Shown one piece after another: positions 23,469 through 35,835 of a stretch of 64,000 nucleotides of DNA (position 1 is its first letter; each line of letters starts with the position of its first letter). The stretch is from Setoptus koraiensis (lineage: Eukaryota; Animalia; Arthropoda). The stretch lies in assembly GCA_048013815.1 (NCBI GenBank), contig CM106586.1, positions 9,052,001 to 9,116,000 on the forward strand. The letters run 5' to 3'. Made by a program: the position numbers and the translations under genes. Under the pieces are notes generated by a model. The model had not been told where the DNA came from, ran no database searches, and saw nothing but the letters and a program-made list of their open reading frames with translations.

Positions 23469-25840
23469 TTATATCTCTCTGCTGCCGTAAGAGTTCAAAA
23501 CTCGCGATTGGCCCTCGCGTATCTTGTTCATCAGCATGACGAAGGATCCTGTTTGAGGTATCGTTGATTTGGTAGATTTAGTGAAAATATTTTCCCTTTT
23601 TACATCATATCCTGTCGTAGGATTGCCCAAGTGTCGTTCTGCCAATGAAAACTGACCCTCTTTGACCATGGTGCTATTTAACCAGCTTAAATAGCTTGTA
23701 ACGCGGGTATATATTCCTGGGCGCTTTGGCTGTGCGCACAAATGTCCAGAAGATACAATACCGACGAGAATCCACTCTTCGGAATCGGATTTAATCATTA
23801 AGGGGCCGCCGCTGTCGCCCTTGCATGCGTCATGTCTGCCTTGTTCGTAACCGGCGCACAAAGTAGACGGAGTAATAATGAATGGGTGACCGTACCATTT
23901 TTGACACAAATCATTCATCAAAATGGGTACCTGGGCTTGTTTCAACTGACCGTGATAGTCACTATCCCAGCCCACGACATGAGCCATTAGGCCGGCGAGC
24001 TGGTGAGCATCGTGTGCCACGATCGATCTATCATTGGTGGCGTTGTGTTGTTGTTGATGTGATTTGGGTGGAGTCGATTTGGTGTACGTGTGAATATCTG
24101 ACTGTTTTGTTGCAAGTTTGGTGTTTGTGGTTGTGGTTGTGGTCGTGGCAGAGAAGGAAGCGTTGCAACCATACGGGCAGCTCTCAGGCCGTTGATGCTG
24201 TCGCTGATTAGTGGGGCCCGACTCATAATTATTATCATTCAATTGTGTCCCACCGCCCTCCATTATAGGACCATTATTATGTGCGCTGATTGCGGGGGCG
24301 GACGAGATGAAAACCGGCGCATCGGCTGTATAGTCTAGCGAAAATTCAGCTAAATTTTGCCCTATAGAATTGTCCAGAGTGTGTAGTTGTAGCTTGTCAG
24401 TTGCGTCATCATCGTTGTGTGCCTGTTTAAGGTGATTGGTGGTGGTGTATGATGGTTGATGATGTTTGAATAGTGTCCGCCCATTGTTGGAATTTGTTGA
24501 ATGCGCTAAACATATAGGCTCTATCATTGGATTGTTTGTGGGCAATGGCGCATTCAATTTGATTAAGGCCAGATCACCTCTAGAACGATAATTATTCATT
24601 CTGGCCGCCTCGTTGGCTATCTCAATCTTTTTCAGAAAGTCAATAGAGTCATTGTCGTTGTTTTCACGCAATCTAGACTGAATATCGTCGCGACTCGTCG
24701 CCGATGCCGCTATTGCTGTTGAGTTATCTAGATTATATTGTCCCAATGCGATGTTTTCGTCCTCGTAATCGGGTGCAATGAAGGCGTTTGTTAGATAGCG
24801 TTCCACGCGATATTCCGAGGATTGCTCAAGTTTTTCGTGCTGACCAAACACGGCCAACCAATTGCGCAAATTGGGCTCCGGCGACAAACAATGTGCGGCG
24901 CTCAATAGCCATTGTCTATTTATTATCACGGCTCCACACATGTGACCCACGGGCTCCTTGGATACTAGACGCAGCGACACGGTCCACGGCCACGAGCCTG
25001 CCAATGAAGCCCTTCCGCCGGATATTTTTTCCTCTAGGTTGCCCTCCAAAGGCTCAATGGAAGGCCTGCCACATGGTCGGAGAAACTGCTGGTCTCGCTC
25101 GTCCATAAACGGACATTGTTCCTCGTCGGTACCTGTATTCGAATTAGGCGACGATTCAACAGACAACTGTTAGCTTTCTTGTGGTAATCAATAAGGAATA
25201 GGACTGGATATAGTAAATTAGAAAATAGGGTCGACGAGCCATCATTAGTTGTACGGTCGTTGTGATCCTAACACTGACCGTCATTGCAATTAAGCTCGCC
25301 GTCGCAGGTTTGCGCCAGATTGTAGCAGGCCGTCCTCGATCGGCATCTTCGCGTGCCTATAGGACACGACTTAACAATTGGATTAGTATGTTGATAGATG
25401 AACTGGAAACCAGAGCCACTCACTGGCCCCTGCGATCCATTAAATTCAATTGTGACCCGATTGCTTGAGGATAAAAATGGACGCTGTTCACCTAGGAATC
25501 TTCGTAGTAATCCACTCGTTGTGTCACTTGGTTTATTTCGCATGAATGTGCGCAACAAGCTCATTTTGTTTGCTGATTTATCATTTGTGTCACGAGATTC
25601 ATCAAAAAACTCCAACTTATCCTGTCCGTTGGCATCCAAGTCCAAATTCAGAAAGTAAAACCTAAACACTTTGCCTACAGGAGCCTCCAATAGCCAACTA
25701 CAGTTGAGGCCAGCAGGATAAGGGGCAAGCGAGTCAAAGTCACCAACTGATATCATCCCGGCCGAGCCAGTTATTGTTCTCAACTCTTCTCTCAGACTAT
25801 GATCATTTGTATCTTCGCTAAGCGGTGAACTGCAATGCAA
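23469..25840 (-). CDS. CUB-LDLa-trypsin-family serine protease; exons ~25817-25279 and 25132-23469; 5' end not resolved
   Basis: CUB ([14 protein letters not shown]...GSGFQFIY); LDLa split by a phase-1 intron ([10 protein letters not shown]|TDEEQC); activation site EEK-ISGG; catalytic triad AAHC / GDLALIKL / GDSGGP; Asp in [10 protein letters not shown] suggests trypsin-like specificity. Confidence 0.9.
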
Positions 25841-27332
25841 ACGCCAATCTACAAATAAATCTCTGTCACTGACGTGTGAATATTCTGGTGAAAGTGGAGT
25901 TGTTGGGCTTTCAGTTAATCGACTTTCTGGTGTTGATGATGGTGATAATGATGAGTTAGGCTTTTATCCATTACTCACCCTTGTCTAAATGACTTTTAAT
26001 TCTTCGATTTATTGCTCCGACTTGACTAAAGCTGCAAACTATACATAACAGACATTCGATTGATATGTAAAAAGCGAACATAACTAATAATAAGGTCACT
26101 GTCACTAAATATCATATAACGGTTGCAGTGATACGACTAACTTGAGGATACAACGGTCAGTATAGTGAAACAATTGTATAGTTGTAGCAAGTTTGTACGA
26201 CCGCTTTTGGAAGTGGCTCGTTTTATTATTCGATCACAATTGGCAGACAAGTCAATCAACAAATGATGTCTAAATGTAATGTGAACGCCAGACTCTCAAA
26301 GATCCTTGTGAGGTTTAATTCTTAAAATGTCATCTTAACTCTAGATGTCTGACACAGTCTGATGCTTGCCTGCGAGATGATTTTTAGTCTTGCCCAACAA
26401 GTTAATTCTGTTTTCACGTATTTGAAGCACACAGCGGATTCGTAACAACATAGGCAAAGTAGTAACTACCGTTCAGTAAATAGTCTGGACAACAATGAAT
26501 AACACCAATAATCTTGTTTGTTCAAAAGTCGATCTCTGTCATGAGATACTTTAGCAGCAACGTTTATCTGAATGTCGCTTTCAATTGTACGTTTGTTTGC
26601 CAATAGGATGTGGCGAATACACTTGATGAATGGTTGTCTATAAGTTTATCATTCAACTGTTATGACAATAGTGTTATCTAGATAGATGATGGCAAGCCTC
26701 CGAACTTCTTTCTATCTATCTATTGTGCTTTCTTTCATCATCAATACAGATACAAATGAATGGCTCGATAAGAATATGTCTAGCAATCATATTAATAATT
26801 AATCTCCAATGTCAACAAAGCACCACTCTCTTTGATCTGTTTGATCCCCTATACTAATGTTAATGCTAATGCAACTCCATGTATGTAAACTCATAGTGAT
26901 ATTGTAATAGTAATTGATTCATTAAACCTGGAATAATAATGAATTCACTCGAAACAAATATCAACAAGTTTCACCAACTCAGTAGGCATAATTCTAGTCA
27001 TAAGTAAAACGAAATAAATCTTCCAACCTGGGCCCAGATTCATCTCTATACCCATATTTGTTCTACTTGCCTCAACAAAGCCAGGTATTCATATAATTGG
27101 CGAGACTTAAAGCGTGTTTCAGCCTATGTATTCAAATACATAACATAAATACAGACACAGGTTTCATGTTAAACCTAACAAGTAGATAGTGACAAAATGG
27201 TCATGAAACGACTGCCAATCAATGAGATGTGTCTAATTATCTGATTAAAGCAAAGTTGATAACCAAACTTCAGCTACCGTCTGGCTTCTGACATGTGTTG
27301 TTTTTATGTGATAGTTTTCTTTTTGTCTGATT

Positions 27333-27687
27333 GCACTGTATATAAATATATGAAATCAATTGGTTGTTTAGGGTGATATCATGATTTATTTTGCCAACAA
27401 TGATCTCTGTCGCCGACAATACTCTCTTTCTCTCTCGCTCTCTTGAATGCGTCATGACTACCTTGTCCATATTCTGACTTGATAAACCCTGCAAACTATA
27501 TAAATCAGGCATTTGATTGAAATGTAAAAAGGGGCCATTTATCAAAGCAGCCATCGAGATCTACCATAAGATAGCAGTGTATACAAATGTATGAAATTGT
27601 ATGGTTGTTTAAGGTGATATCATGATCTATTTTGCCAACAACGATTTCTGTTGTCGACTATACTCTTTCTCTCTCCCTCTCTCTTGA
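27333..27687. repeat. Two ~114-bp diverged direct repeats (27333-27446, 27574-27687; offset 241 bp)
   Basis: Both read gca(c/g)tgtata..tatgaaat..tggttgttta(g/a)ggtgatatcatgat(t/c)tattttgccaacaa...ctcttga. Confidence 0.85.
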
Positions 27688-28003
27688 TCGTCGCTTTCGG
27701 TTGCTGATTGTATCAAACGGAATCGACTGAATCAATCAGAGTACAATAGGTCCTTGAGTGATGATCTAAAACTATTGGGTTTTATACGCGGTGAGCAAAA
27801 ATTTGTATATGGTATTATACGATGTTTTGTGATTGTAATTTAAGGTGATTTGTCTTATTTCTGCTATAAAATCGCGAAGACACACCAGTATCAACTGTCA
27901 TATTCATCGATCTTCCAAATCTTAATCAATATTTCAAGCGAATGCTAACGTCACGCATGAAGTCATTTTCAAGCCAGTAATTAATCTATTAATTAACATA
28001 ATA

Positions 28004-30688
28004 ATGACTGCTTATTCATCAACTGCAATTAATGACAACGATTGTCACTACTATTTAGACCAACATCATCAGTACCAAACGGAATTTTATCACGATTCTA
28101 GCTGGCTCATCTATAATGACTTTCACAATGAGCAAACAATTATGAACAATGATCACTTGTTGCATCACAATCATGATGCTAATCAAAACAATGTTACCTC
28201 TCTGATGAATTCATTGAACTCTCCGTCTAATATCATAATACAAGATTTAAATAATGTATCCACAAGAGAATCATCTCTCATTTCATCGTCGAATAGTAAA
28301 AGCAATCCGTATTGCAATCCGTATAGTATCAATAATTCTATTTGTCTGCAAGAGGACGAATTTTATCCCCACACTTGTCGCTGGTCCGATTGCTTCTTGA
28401 GCTTCACAGATATGCCTGAGCTGGTAAGTATCACGATGATATGATACGTCATCCAATGAGTTATGCGATCTTCAAAGAGTTGACAGAGTAATGTTGCTTG
28501 TGTTATGATGTTTGATCTGACATACAGGTAAAGCATATTGAAGACGCACATGTAAACTCGATACCAGAGGAGAAACATAGGTACTCATGTCAATGGACCA
28601 ATTGTCGTCGCACTAATCAACCGTTCAATGCCAGATACAAGCTTCTCATTCACATGAGAGTGCACTCTGGCGAGAAGCCCTATCCATGTGAGGTAACTAT
28701 CACATCATTGATTGTCATCTCCATGTATTAATTTCCATTTGAAATTAGTCTACTTAGGCTTGAATTGAGCAAATAATAACAATTTTTTAACATACATATT
28801 TACTTTTGTGTTTTGCAATCACAATAGCACGAGTCATGCAAAAAAAGTTTCTCACGATTAGAAAATCTCAAGATCCACATAAGAAGTCACACAGGAGAAA
28901 AGCCGTATTGTTGCCGATACGAGGGCTGCAAGAAGGCCTTCACGAACTCATCCGATCGAATAAAGCATCACAAAACTCATCTAGATGCCGTAAGTATTTA
29001 CCGTAGAAGGGGGCAATTATTATCAATTTCTACTCTACTATGATCAGATCTATCCGTCTGTATGTTAGCCTATATGATCAGCTTCAACCTATATGTTTTA
29101 AGGTATAGAGATAACGATTTTTTATCATCACCTAGTCAAAGTATACAATGGCAATGCTTTGGCTCTCTGATCAAACAATCATAAGAATCTAGCACTTTGC
29201 AAGGGGGCAAATATGACTAATAGTATGTGACTACTTGTTGAGCAATATTGTCTAACAACAATGCTTCACGAGCTCGACGACTATATATGATGCACGACAA
29301 AATTTAGTATAGACATGTGATTTAGGTTGATAATGGCCATCTCATGATGATCAATTTCAACTTTGGTTTTTTTCGTCACCTGCTTTGTAGTGGGGGACCA
29401 TTCCATGATAAGATAGATCCGGGCCATGCGTCGATATCATGAGACATTGTTTTATATGACGAACAATAACAATTGTTACATCAACGACGCGATTCACACT
29501 GATAGCTCTGAAAGTCACTCTTGGTCGTCAGTTCATTTAATTATTTGCATCTGTGTAAGGTATAAGGTTTTTTTTTCATGCCAGGTTTATTGGCTTTGTT
29601 ACGAATGTGTGAACAAGTTTGACACGCTGTATCAATCTCTATGAAATCAGTATAATACTAGTATTATAGCAATTTAATCCATTCATCTACAAATCTTTCG
29701 TACTTAATTTCGAAATTATTATACATTTTAATTACAGTACTACAGCTAGTAATTATAGGTAAGCCATCAAATAATGTATTTTAGATGGATCTTGTAGGTT
29801 TTATCTGTGCAAAGGTATAAATGTAGATAGAAAAGAAGAAATGATTCCAGTAGATAAGATAGCAGATTAGATAAATCTTTTATATTATATTCTACACATT
29901 CCAGCGGTATTACTTGATCTATGAATCAATAAAATAGAGTTCGTCTTCGGGGTTCTATAAATTAACCAAACAATTTATTATATCCCTTTCATCTCATACC
30001 GGTGAGCAGAAACCTTACTCATGTAGTTATGACGATTGTGATAAACGTTATACAGATCCCAGCTCTCTGAGGAAGCATCTAAAGTTGCATAAAAAACTGG
30101 ATTCGAACAATAACAAGGTATGTTCGCTTGTAAGTAATTGATATTTTTACAAAAAAAATACTTTTCACAGACAATGTACCAATAAATTCCTTCAAATCTC
30201 TCGTGTCTCGTCAAACGCAGATTGATGTTATCAAAAACAATTCCTCACTAGATGATAAATTGTCACAATCTTGGTCGGCGGGATACACACAGCCATGTCA
30301 AGTCAATTATGATGGTAACTGGTCTGTATCAACAAATGATTACACTCAAAGTAAATTTGCAAACTCATTTACTGCAGGATGTTCATCGAGTTATATGACA
30401 CCAATTGAAGTGCATGATGATATTATCAAAAACAGTTCCTCACTAGATGATAAATTGTCGCAATCTTGGTCGGCGGGATACACCAAACCGTGTCAAATCA
30501 ATTGCGATGGTAACTGGTCAACATCTACAAATGATTACACTCAAAATAAATTGGCTAGCTCATTTACTGCAGGATGTTCGTCGAGTTATGTGACACCAAT
30601 AGATTTGCACGAATCAAACTTATTGAATGGTGTTGAAAGTCTACCAAGTTTCGCATGCTTGGTGTCAAAATCACTTGATTCACTGTGA
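28004..30688 (+). CDS. GLIS: GLIS1/3-type (lame duck/gleeful-like) five-C2H2 zinc-finger transcription factor; exons 28004-28423, 28528-28692, 28828-28989, 30010-30117, 30221-30688 (~440 aa)
   Basis: CRWSDC..L|[57 protein letters not shown] and [10 protein letters not shown] are diagnostic of Gli/GLIS fingers. The acceptor of the last exon (30220) is inferred from phase. Confidence 0.9.
30223..30612 (+). repeat. In-frame 195-bp (65-aa) tandem duplication in the GLIS last exon
   Basis: Units start at 30223 and 30418: [26 protein letters not shown]... vs [26 protein letters not shown]... Confidence 0.92.
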
Positions 30689-30719
30689 AATATTGCACTC
30701 TTTTTACAAACAGATATCA

Positions 30720-31904
30720 CTAGTCGTTGAATAAAGACCAGAGACTTATTGTTTTATCACCTGAAGAACAAAACATTAAATAGTTGGCGTTATTTGAAAG
30801 TGATGAAGTCTCACGCTTAGTTGACAGCGACCATCTATCCTCTACAAATATTATACCATCCACTTGTTTGCTATGATTGTTCAGAATGGCTAGTAGTTTG
30901 AGTTTCTTGCTAGTAGAATATATTCGAACTTGTGAGTTCCATAAGGCGACAGCAAATAATTTAGCATCAGGTCTTAAACTAATCTGTGACACACCGTTGC
31001 TTTGGAGGTCTAGATAGTCAAACCTTGTGATCAATTTTTCCTCACACAGTGCTTCAACTTCAGATTTATCAGGTGTGTCGTAAGGGTTCACTCTCGCAAG
31101 AAGAATCTTATCTAATGGGCTTCCACAAACGAGTAATTGCGAATTAGTGCAATAGTCGAATGATGTGATAAATTCTTTAAATCCTGTGTCGATGTTTCTC
31201 ATGTGACTAATCTTCAGTCCAGCCGCCGTCTCAGACTTGTCATTTGAAGATTCATCAGGATGCATCCCGCTTGTACAAGAGAATACACATACTATTCCAT
31301 CTTCGTAGCCACATAGAATGCATAAGTTTTTGTTCGACGATGCCACTAGTTTGATATCAAAACATGAAGGCGCTGATTTAGCTCCTTCAAACGCAGGCCG
31401 CTTGATAGGAGCTGAGTTGAGTGTTTTGAAACTGGAGTCGATAACTCTAAGTGCGATCTGACATTCTTCAATAATAGATGAATGAGCCAAATAAGATTTT
31501 TCCTCTATTGTGATAGCATCGCCTCGAGAGAACAGCAGTGGAGACGACGGGTATGACTTTATTTCTTCTATGACAATACTAGCAAGTTCATCAGATGAGG
31601 GCCTATTTTCTCTTATACGAACCAATTTAACAAATCCCTCCCGAGACTGAACGACTAGACATGAACCTGCCATTGATATATTTTGAAAGATTTGTCTTAT
31701 ACTCAAAATCTTAGCGGAGGTTAATTCGTTGGTTTGCGCAGCAATTCTAAGTGTTAGGAGATTCCAAACTATTAGAACTCCATTGAGGTCTCCAGAGACT
31801 AGAAATGGTTCAGACAGGTTGTCTATGAAGTGTAACGCTGTTACTGCAGCATCGTGACCACGCAATGTGAAAATGGGTGGCGGAATAGTTTTCTTGTTTG
31901 TCAT
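30720..31904 (-). CDS. GNB1L: WD40 protein, GNB1L/Asa1-like, intronless, 394 aa
   Basis: PPPIFTLRGHDAAVTALHF...LVSGD..G.LIVWNL N-terminus and GVSQISLRPDAKLFAVALWNSQVRIY...SGDKTISLWSLF C-terminus resemble GNB1L. Confidence 0.78.
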   Translation of the reverse strand: MTNKKTIPPPIFTLRGHDAAVTALHFIDNLSEPFLVSGDLNGVLIVWNLLTLRIAAQTNELTSAKILSIRQIFQNISMAGSCLVVQSREGFVKLVRIRENRPSSDELASIVIEEIKSYPSSPLLFSRGDAITIEEKSYLAHSSIIEECQIALRVIDSSFKTLNSAPIKRPAFEGAKSAPSCFDIKLVASSNKNLCILCGYEDGIVCVFSCTSGMHPDESSNDKSETAAGLKISHMRNIDTGFKEFITSFDYCTNSQLLVCGSPLDKILLARVNPYDTPDKSEVEALCEEKLITRFDYLDLQSNGVSQISLRPDAKLFAVALWNSQVRIYSTSKKLKLLAILNNHSKQVDGIIFVEDRWSLSTKRETSSLSNNANYLMFCSSGDKTISLWSLFND

Positions 31905-32573
31905 GTTTAGTAGATAAATAATTTTGTGTATAATATTGTGGATATCCAGAAATATTCGGACCTTGGCAAGAGGTATAATGACAAGCAGGGTCTCATGGAA
32001 AAATTTACTATTGAATCATTATCATAATAGTTGTTAAAAAAATGTGTAATAAATAGGCGATCAACATGAGATCTTTAGCATCAACATGTTGGTTGATGTG
32101 ACACGTGCAAAAGAATTCTTCATATGATGCAAAGCGCCGGTCTATGGTCGATATACCTTGAACGCCTCCCCGTTTTAGAATTCGGGGAGGCCGTTCTCCC
32201 TGTTTCTCCCCACTAGCAATTTGTCTGAAATTAATAATCCGGACTTACCAGTTCCTTAGGATATATGTTGTGATCGAATTTTCGAATTGAATGTTGCTCA
32301 ATATATCTGAAACAATATATCTGAAAAAAAAACATTCTCTTCTGAGATGTAGATAGGGACAATGATTTGAATGATTGAGTCTCCCTCAAAAAAAGCACCT
32401 TCAAATTTAGCGCCGAAAAACAGACACGAGGATAGGTGATGCGAATTAAAAAAGAAATTGCCAATTGTTGAAAAAATTATTATTCAGTATTATTTATTTA
32501 TTTAATCAGGATTTTTATAATAGAACTACACAACTGACAGCATACCTCTGTGCAGTAATTGACAACTATCCAC

Positions 32574-35500
32574 ATGGACTCTACCGCAAGTGATGGTCAG
32601 CAGAGGCCTCGCAAAAGAAAAAGATGGGACGTGATTCCCGAATCAGAACAAGATGCCACAACTGAAGTAGTCGTCAAACCTACACCTGAATTTGTTGCTC
32701 CCAGCAATGGCACCAGCAACAATGCCGTTAAAAATGGCACAAGCGATGAAGAAACTTTCAAAAGACCATCCAGATGGGATGAGACACCCAGAACAGAACG
32801 TGCTAGTGATACTCCGGTGGTGAGCGCGCCGAAAAGACGTTCCAGATGGGATGACCAAGGGGCAGCTCCTATGATTGTCGATGGGTCGGCCACTCCGATA
32901 GGAACTCCAGCGATGGGTATGGCTACACCAACTCCAGGTCACATCATACCAATGACTCCAAGCAATCTGCAAGTCACTGAAGTTGACAAATATAATCGAC
33001 CTTTCACTGACGAGGAACTGGACGAAATACTGCCACCTACAGGATACAGAATCATACCACCTCCTGCTGATTACCAACCCATACGCACCCCTGCTAGAAA
33101 GATGCTTGCTCCAACAGCTACGCCAACACCTCTCTCTGGTGTTCTCATGACACCTGCTCAAGGTTTCTTCATTCAGAATGAAGATTACCAAATGTCGTCA
33201 GCGAAAAAGATTGTGGAACTAGAACCTAAGGGTAATCTTCCCCCTCTGAAGCCGGAAGATTTGCAATTCTTCGGTAATCTACTTCATGACGTCGAAGAGG
33301 ACACACTGAGTGCTGACCAGCAAAGAGATAGAAAAATTATGCGATTGCTTCTTAAGATAAAAAACGGAACTCCACCTATGAGAAAGGTAGCTTTGAGACA
33401 AATTACTGATAAAGCCCGAGAGTTTGGAGCTAAGCCACTATTTGACCAGATACTACCCATTCTGATGTCCCCCACTCTTGAGGAACAAGAGCGTCACTTG
33501 CTCGTCAAAGTTATAGATAGGATTATGTATAAATTAGATGATCTCGTCAGGCCTCATGTTAAGGCAATTCTCATGGTCACTCTACCCTTTCTCATTGATG
33601 AAGACTATTACACCAGAGTAGAGGGTCGTGAGCTGATGTCAAATTTAGCTAAAGCAGCAGGTCTAGCCACCATGATTTCTGCCATGCGTAATGATATAGA
33701 CAACATAGACGAATTTGTAAGAAATACAACAGCGCGAGCGTTCGCTGTTGTGGCTTCCGCATTGGGTATACCAGCTTTATTGCCGTTCTTGAAGGCTGTC
33801 TGTAAAAGTAAAAAATCCTGGCAAGCTAGGCATACCGGTATAAAAATAGTCCAACAAACTGCGTTCCTCATGGGATGTGCTGTTTTACCTTATTCGGCCA
33901 GTTTAGTTCAAACTATAGCTCATGGACTAGAGGACGAACAACAAAAAGTGCGGACAATCACAGCATTGGCTGTGGCTGCATTAGCCGAGTCTTCAGCTCC
34001 GTACGGAATAGAGTCCTTTGACGACGTTATCAAGCCACTTTACAAAGGTATCAAAAACATGAGAGGTAAAGTTCTGGCGGCTTTCTTGAAGGCTATTGGT
34101 TACCTCATACCATTGATGGATGAAGAAGGCGCAAACTATTATACCAGAGAGGTCATGCTTATTCTCATAAGAGAGTTTGCGTCTCCCGATGAAGAGATGA
34201 AGAAGATCGTCATGAAAGTAGTCAAACAATGTTGCAGCACTGACGGTGTTCAACCCCAATATATCAAGGAAGAGGTTTTACCTCATTTTTTCAAGCACTT
34301 TTGGAACCAACGAATGGCTGGAGAGAAAAGAAACTACAAGCAACTAGTTGACACAACTGTGGAGATTGCTAACAAGGTTGGAGCAGGCGAAATAGTGACG
34401 AGGATAGTCAATGATCTGAAAGATAGTAATGAAACTTATAGGAAAATGGTTATGGAGACTATTGATAAAGTGCTAACCAATCTGGGAGCGTCAGAAATAG
34501 ATGAGCGGCTTGAAATACAACTTGTAGATGGTATTATATACGCTTTTCAAGAGCAACATGCTGATGACCAAGTTATGTTGGTGGGATTCGGATCCGTAGT
34601 GAATGCGTTGGGTAAACGAGTCAAGCCATTATTACCTCAGATAACACAAATTATAAAATTTAGGCTATATTCCAAATCAGTCAAGATCCGACAACAGGCG
34701 GCAGATTTGATGGCAAGGATAGCGGACGTCATGAAAAAGTGTGATGAGGAAAAATTAATGAGTGAGATGGGTCTGATTTTGTATGAGTACCTTGGTGAAG
34801 AATATCCCGAAGTACTGGGATCTATTCTGGGAGCTTTAAAGGCCATAGTGAACGTGATAGGAATGCACAAAATGACACCACCAATCAAGGATCTTTTGCC
34901 AAGACTGACACCAATTCTCAAAAACAGACACGAAAAGGTTCAAGAGAATTGCATCGATCTGGTTGGTCGTATTGCCGACAGAGGAGCCGAATCTGTGTCG
35001 CCCCGTGAATGGATGAGAATTTGTTTTGAACTATTGGAATTGTTAAAGGCACATAAGAAGGCAATTAGGCGGGCCACCGTGAACACATTTGGTTATATTG
35101 CAAAAGCCATTGGGCCCCACGATGTCCTGGCGACATTGTTGAACAATTTGCGAGTTCAAGAAAGACAGATGCGTGTGTGTACGACAGTGGCCATTGCAAT
35201 TGTCGCAGAAACTTGCGCCCCATTCACAGTACTACCAGCCCTAATGAATGAATATAGAGTACCTGAGTTAAATGTTCAAAATGGAGTGTTAAAATCATTG
35301 TCATTCTTATTTGAATACATAGGAGAGATGGGTAAAGACTACATATATGCAATTAGTCCTTTATTAGAGGACGCCATGATGGACAGGGATCTTGTTCATC
35401 GGCAAACAGCCTGTTCTGCCGTCCAGCATATGGCCCTTGGTGTGCACGGTTTTGGTTGTGATGACGCCCTAACTCATTTATTGAATTTTATTTGGCCAAA

Positions 35501-35762
35501 TATTTTTGAAAGTTCACCTCATTTAGTTCAATCCTTTATGGGCGCCATAGAAGCATTAAGAGTGGCGATTGGACCAATTAGATTACTTCAATATGTTCTT
35601 CAAGGCTTATTCCATCCAGCTAGAAAAGTAAGAGACGTTTACTGGAAAGTATATAATACTTTATATATAGGCGCCCAGGATGCTTTGGTAGCAGGCTATC
35701 CAGGCATACCAAATGATGAGGTCAACACCTATCACAGGTACGAGCTTGATTATATTTTATAA
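32574..35762 (+). CDS. SF3B1: Splicing factor 3B subunit 1, intronless, 1062 aa from the first ATG
   Basis: RWD(E)TP ULM motifs, the [10 protein letters not shown] p14-binding region, and a HEAT domain nearly identical to metazoan SF3B1, ending RYELDYIL. Confidence 0.98.
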   Translation: MDSTASDGQQRPRKRKRWDVIPESEQDATTEVVVKPTPEFVAPSNGTSNNAVKNGTSDEETFKRPSRWDETPRTERASDTPVVSAPKRRSRWDDQGAAPMIVDGSATPIGTPAMGMATPTPGHIIPMTPSNLQVTEVDKYNRPFTDEELDEILPPTGYRIIPPPADYQPIRTPARKMLAPTATPTPLSGVLMTPAQGFFIQNEDYQMSSAKKIVELEPKGNLPPLKPEDLQFFGNLLHDVEEDTLSADQQRDRKIMRLLLKIKNGTPPMRKVALRQITDKAREFGAKPLFDQILPILMSPTLEEQERHLLVKVIDRIMYKLDDLVRPHVKAILMVTLPFLIDEDYYTRVEGRELMSNLAKAAGLATMISAMRNDIDNIDEFVRNTTARAFAVVASALGIPALLPFLKAVCKSKKSWQARHTGIKIVQQTAFLMGCAVLPYSASLVQTIAHGLEDEQQKVRTITALAVAALAESSAPYGIESFDDVIKPLYKGIKNMRGKVLAAFLKAIGYLIPLMDEEGANYYTREVMLILIREFASPDEEMKKIVMKVVKQCCSTDGVQPQYIKEEVLPHFFKHFWNQRMAGEKRNYKQLVDTTVEIANKVGAGEIVTRIVNDLKDSNETYRKMVMETIDKVLTNLGASEIDERLEIQLVDGIIYAFQEQHADDQVMLVGFGSVVNALGKRVKPLLPQITQIIKFRLYSKSVKIRQQAADLMARIADVMKKCDEEKLMSEMGLILYEYLGEEYPEVLGSILGALKAIVNVIGMHKMTPPIKDLLPRLTPILKNRHEKVQENCIDLVGRIADRGAESVSPREWMRICFELLELLKAHKKAIRRATVNTFGYIAKAIGPHDVLATLLNNLRVQERQMRVCTTVAIAIVAETCAPFTVLPALMNEYRVPELNVQNGVLKSLSFLFEYIGEMGKDYIYAISPLLEDAMMDRDLVHRQTACSAVQHMALGVHGFGCDDALTHLLNFIWPNIFESSPHLVQSFMGAIEALRVAIGPIRLLQYVLQGLFHPARKVRDVYWKVYNTLYIGAQDALVAGYPGIPNDEVNTYHRYELDYIL

Positions 35763-35835
35763 TAGTGACATTGTTTATTATTAACTTATTAATATTAGAC
35801 ATATTCTTGTGTGTATATATTATAGAATTGTTATA

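Noticed and set aside
32136-32195. 5S rRNA-like start (gtctatggtcgatataccttgaacgc) followed by a hairpin
   Set aside because: The resemblance covers only ~30 nt. The internal box A/C region and the 3' half of 5S are absent.
1552-35000. Antisense ORFs overlapping RECQL, TBCK, EXTL3, the protease and SF3B1
   Set aside because: They are shadow frames of real genes with no independent motifs.
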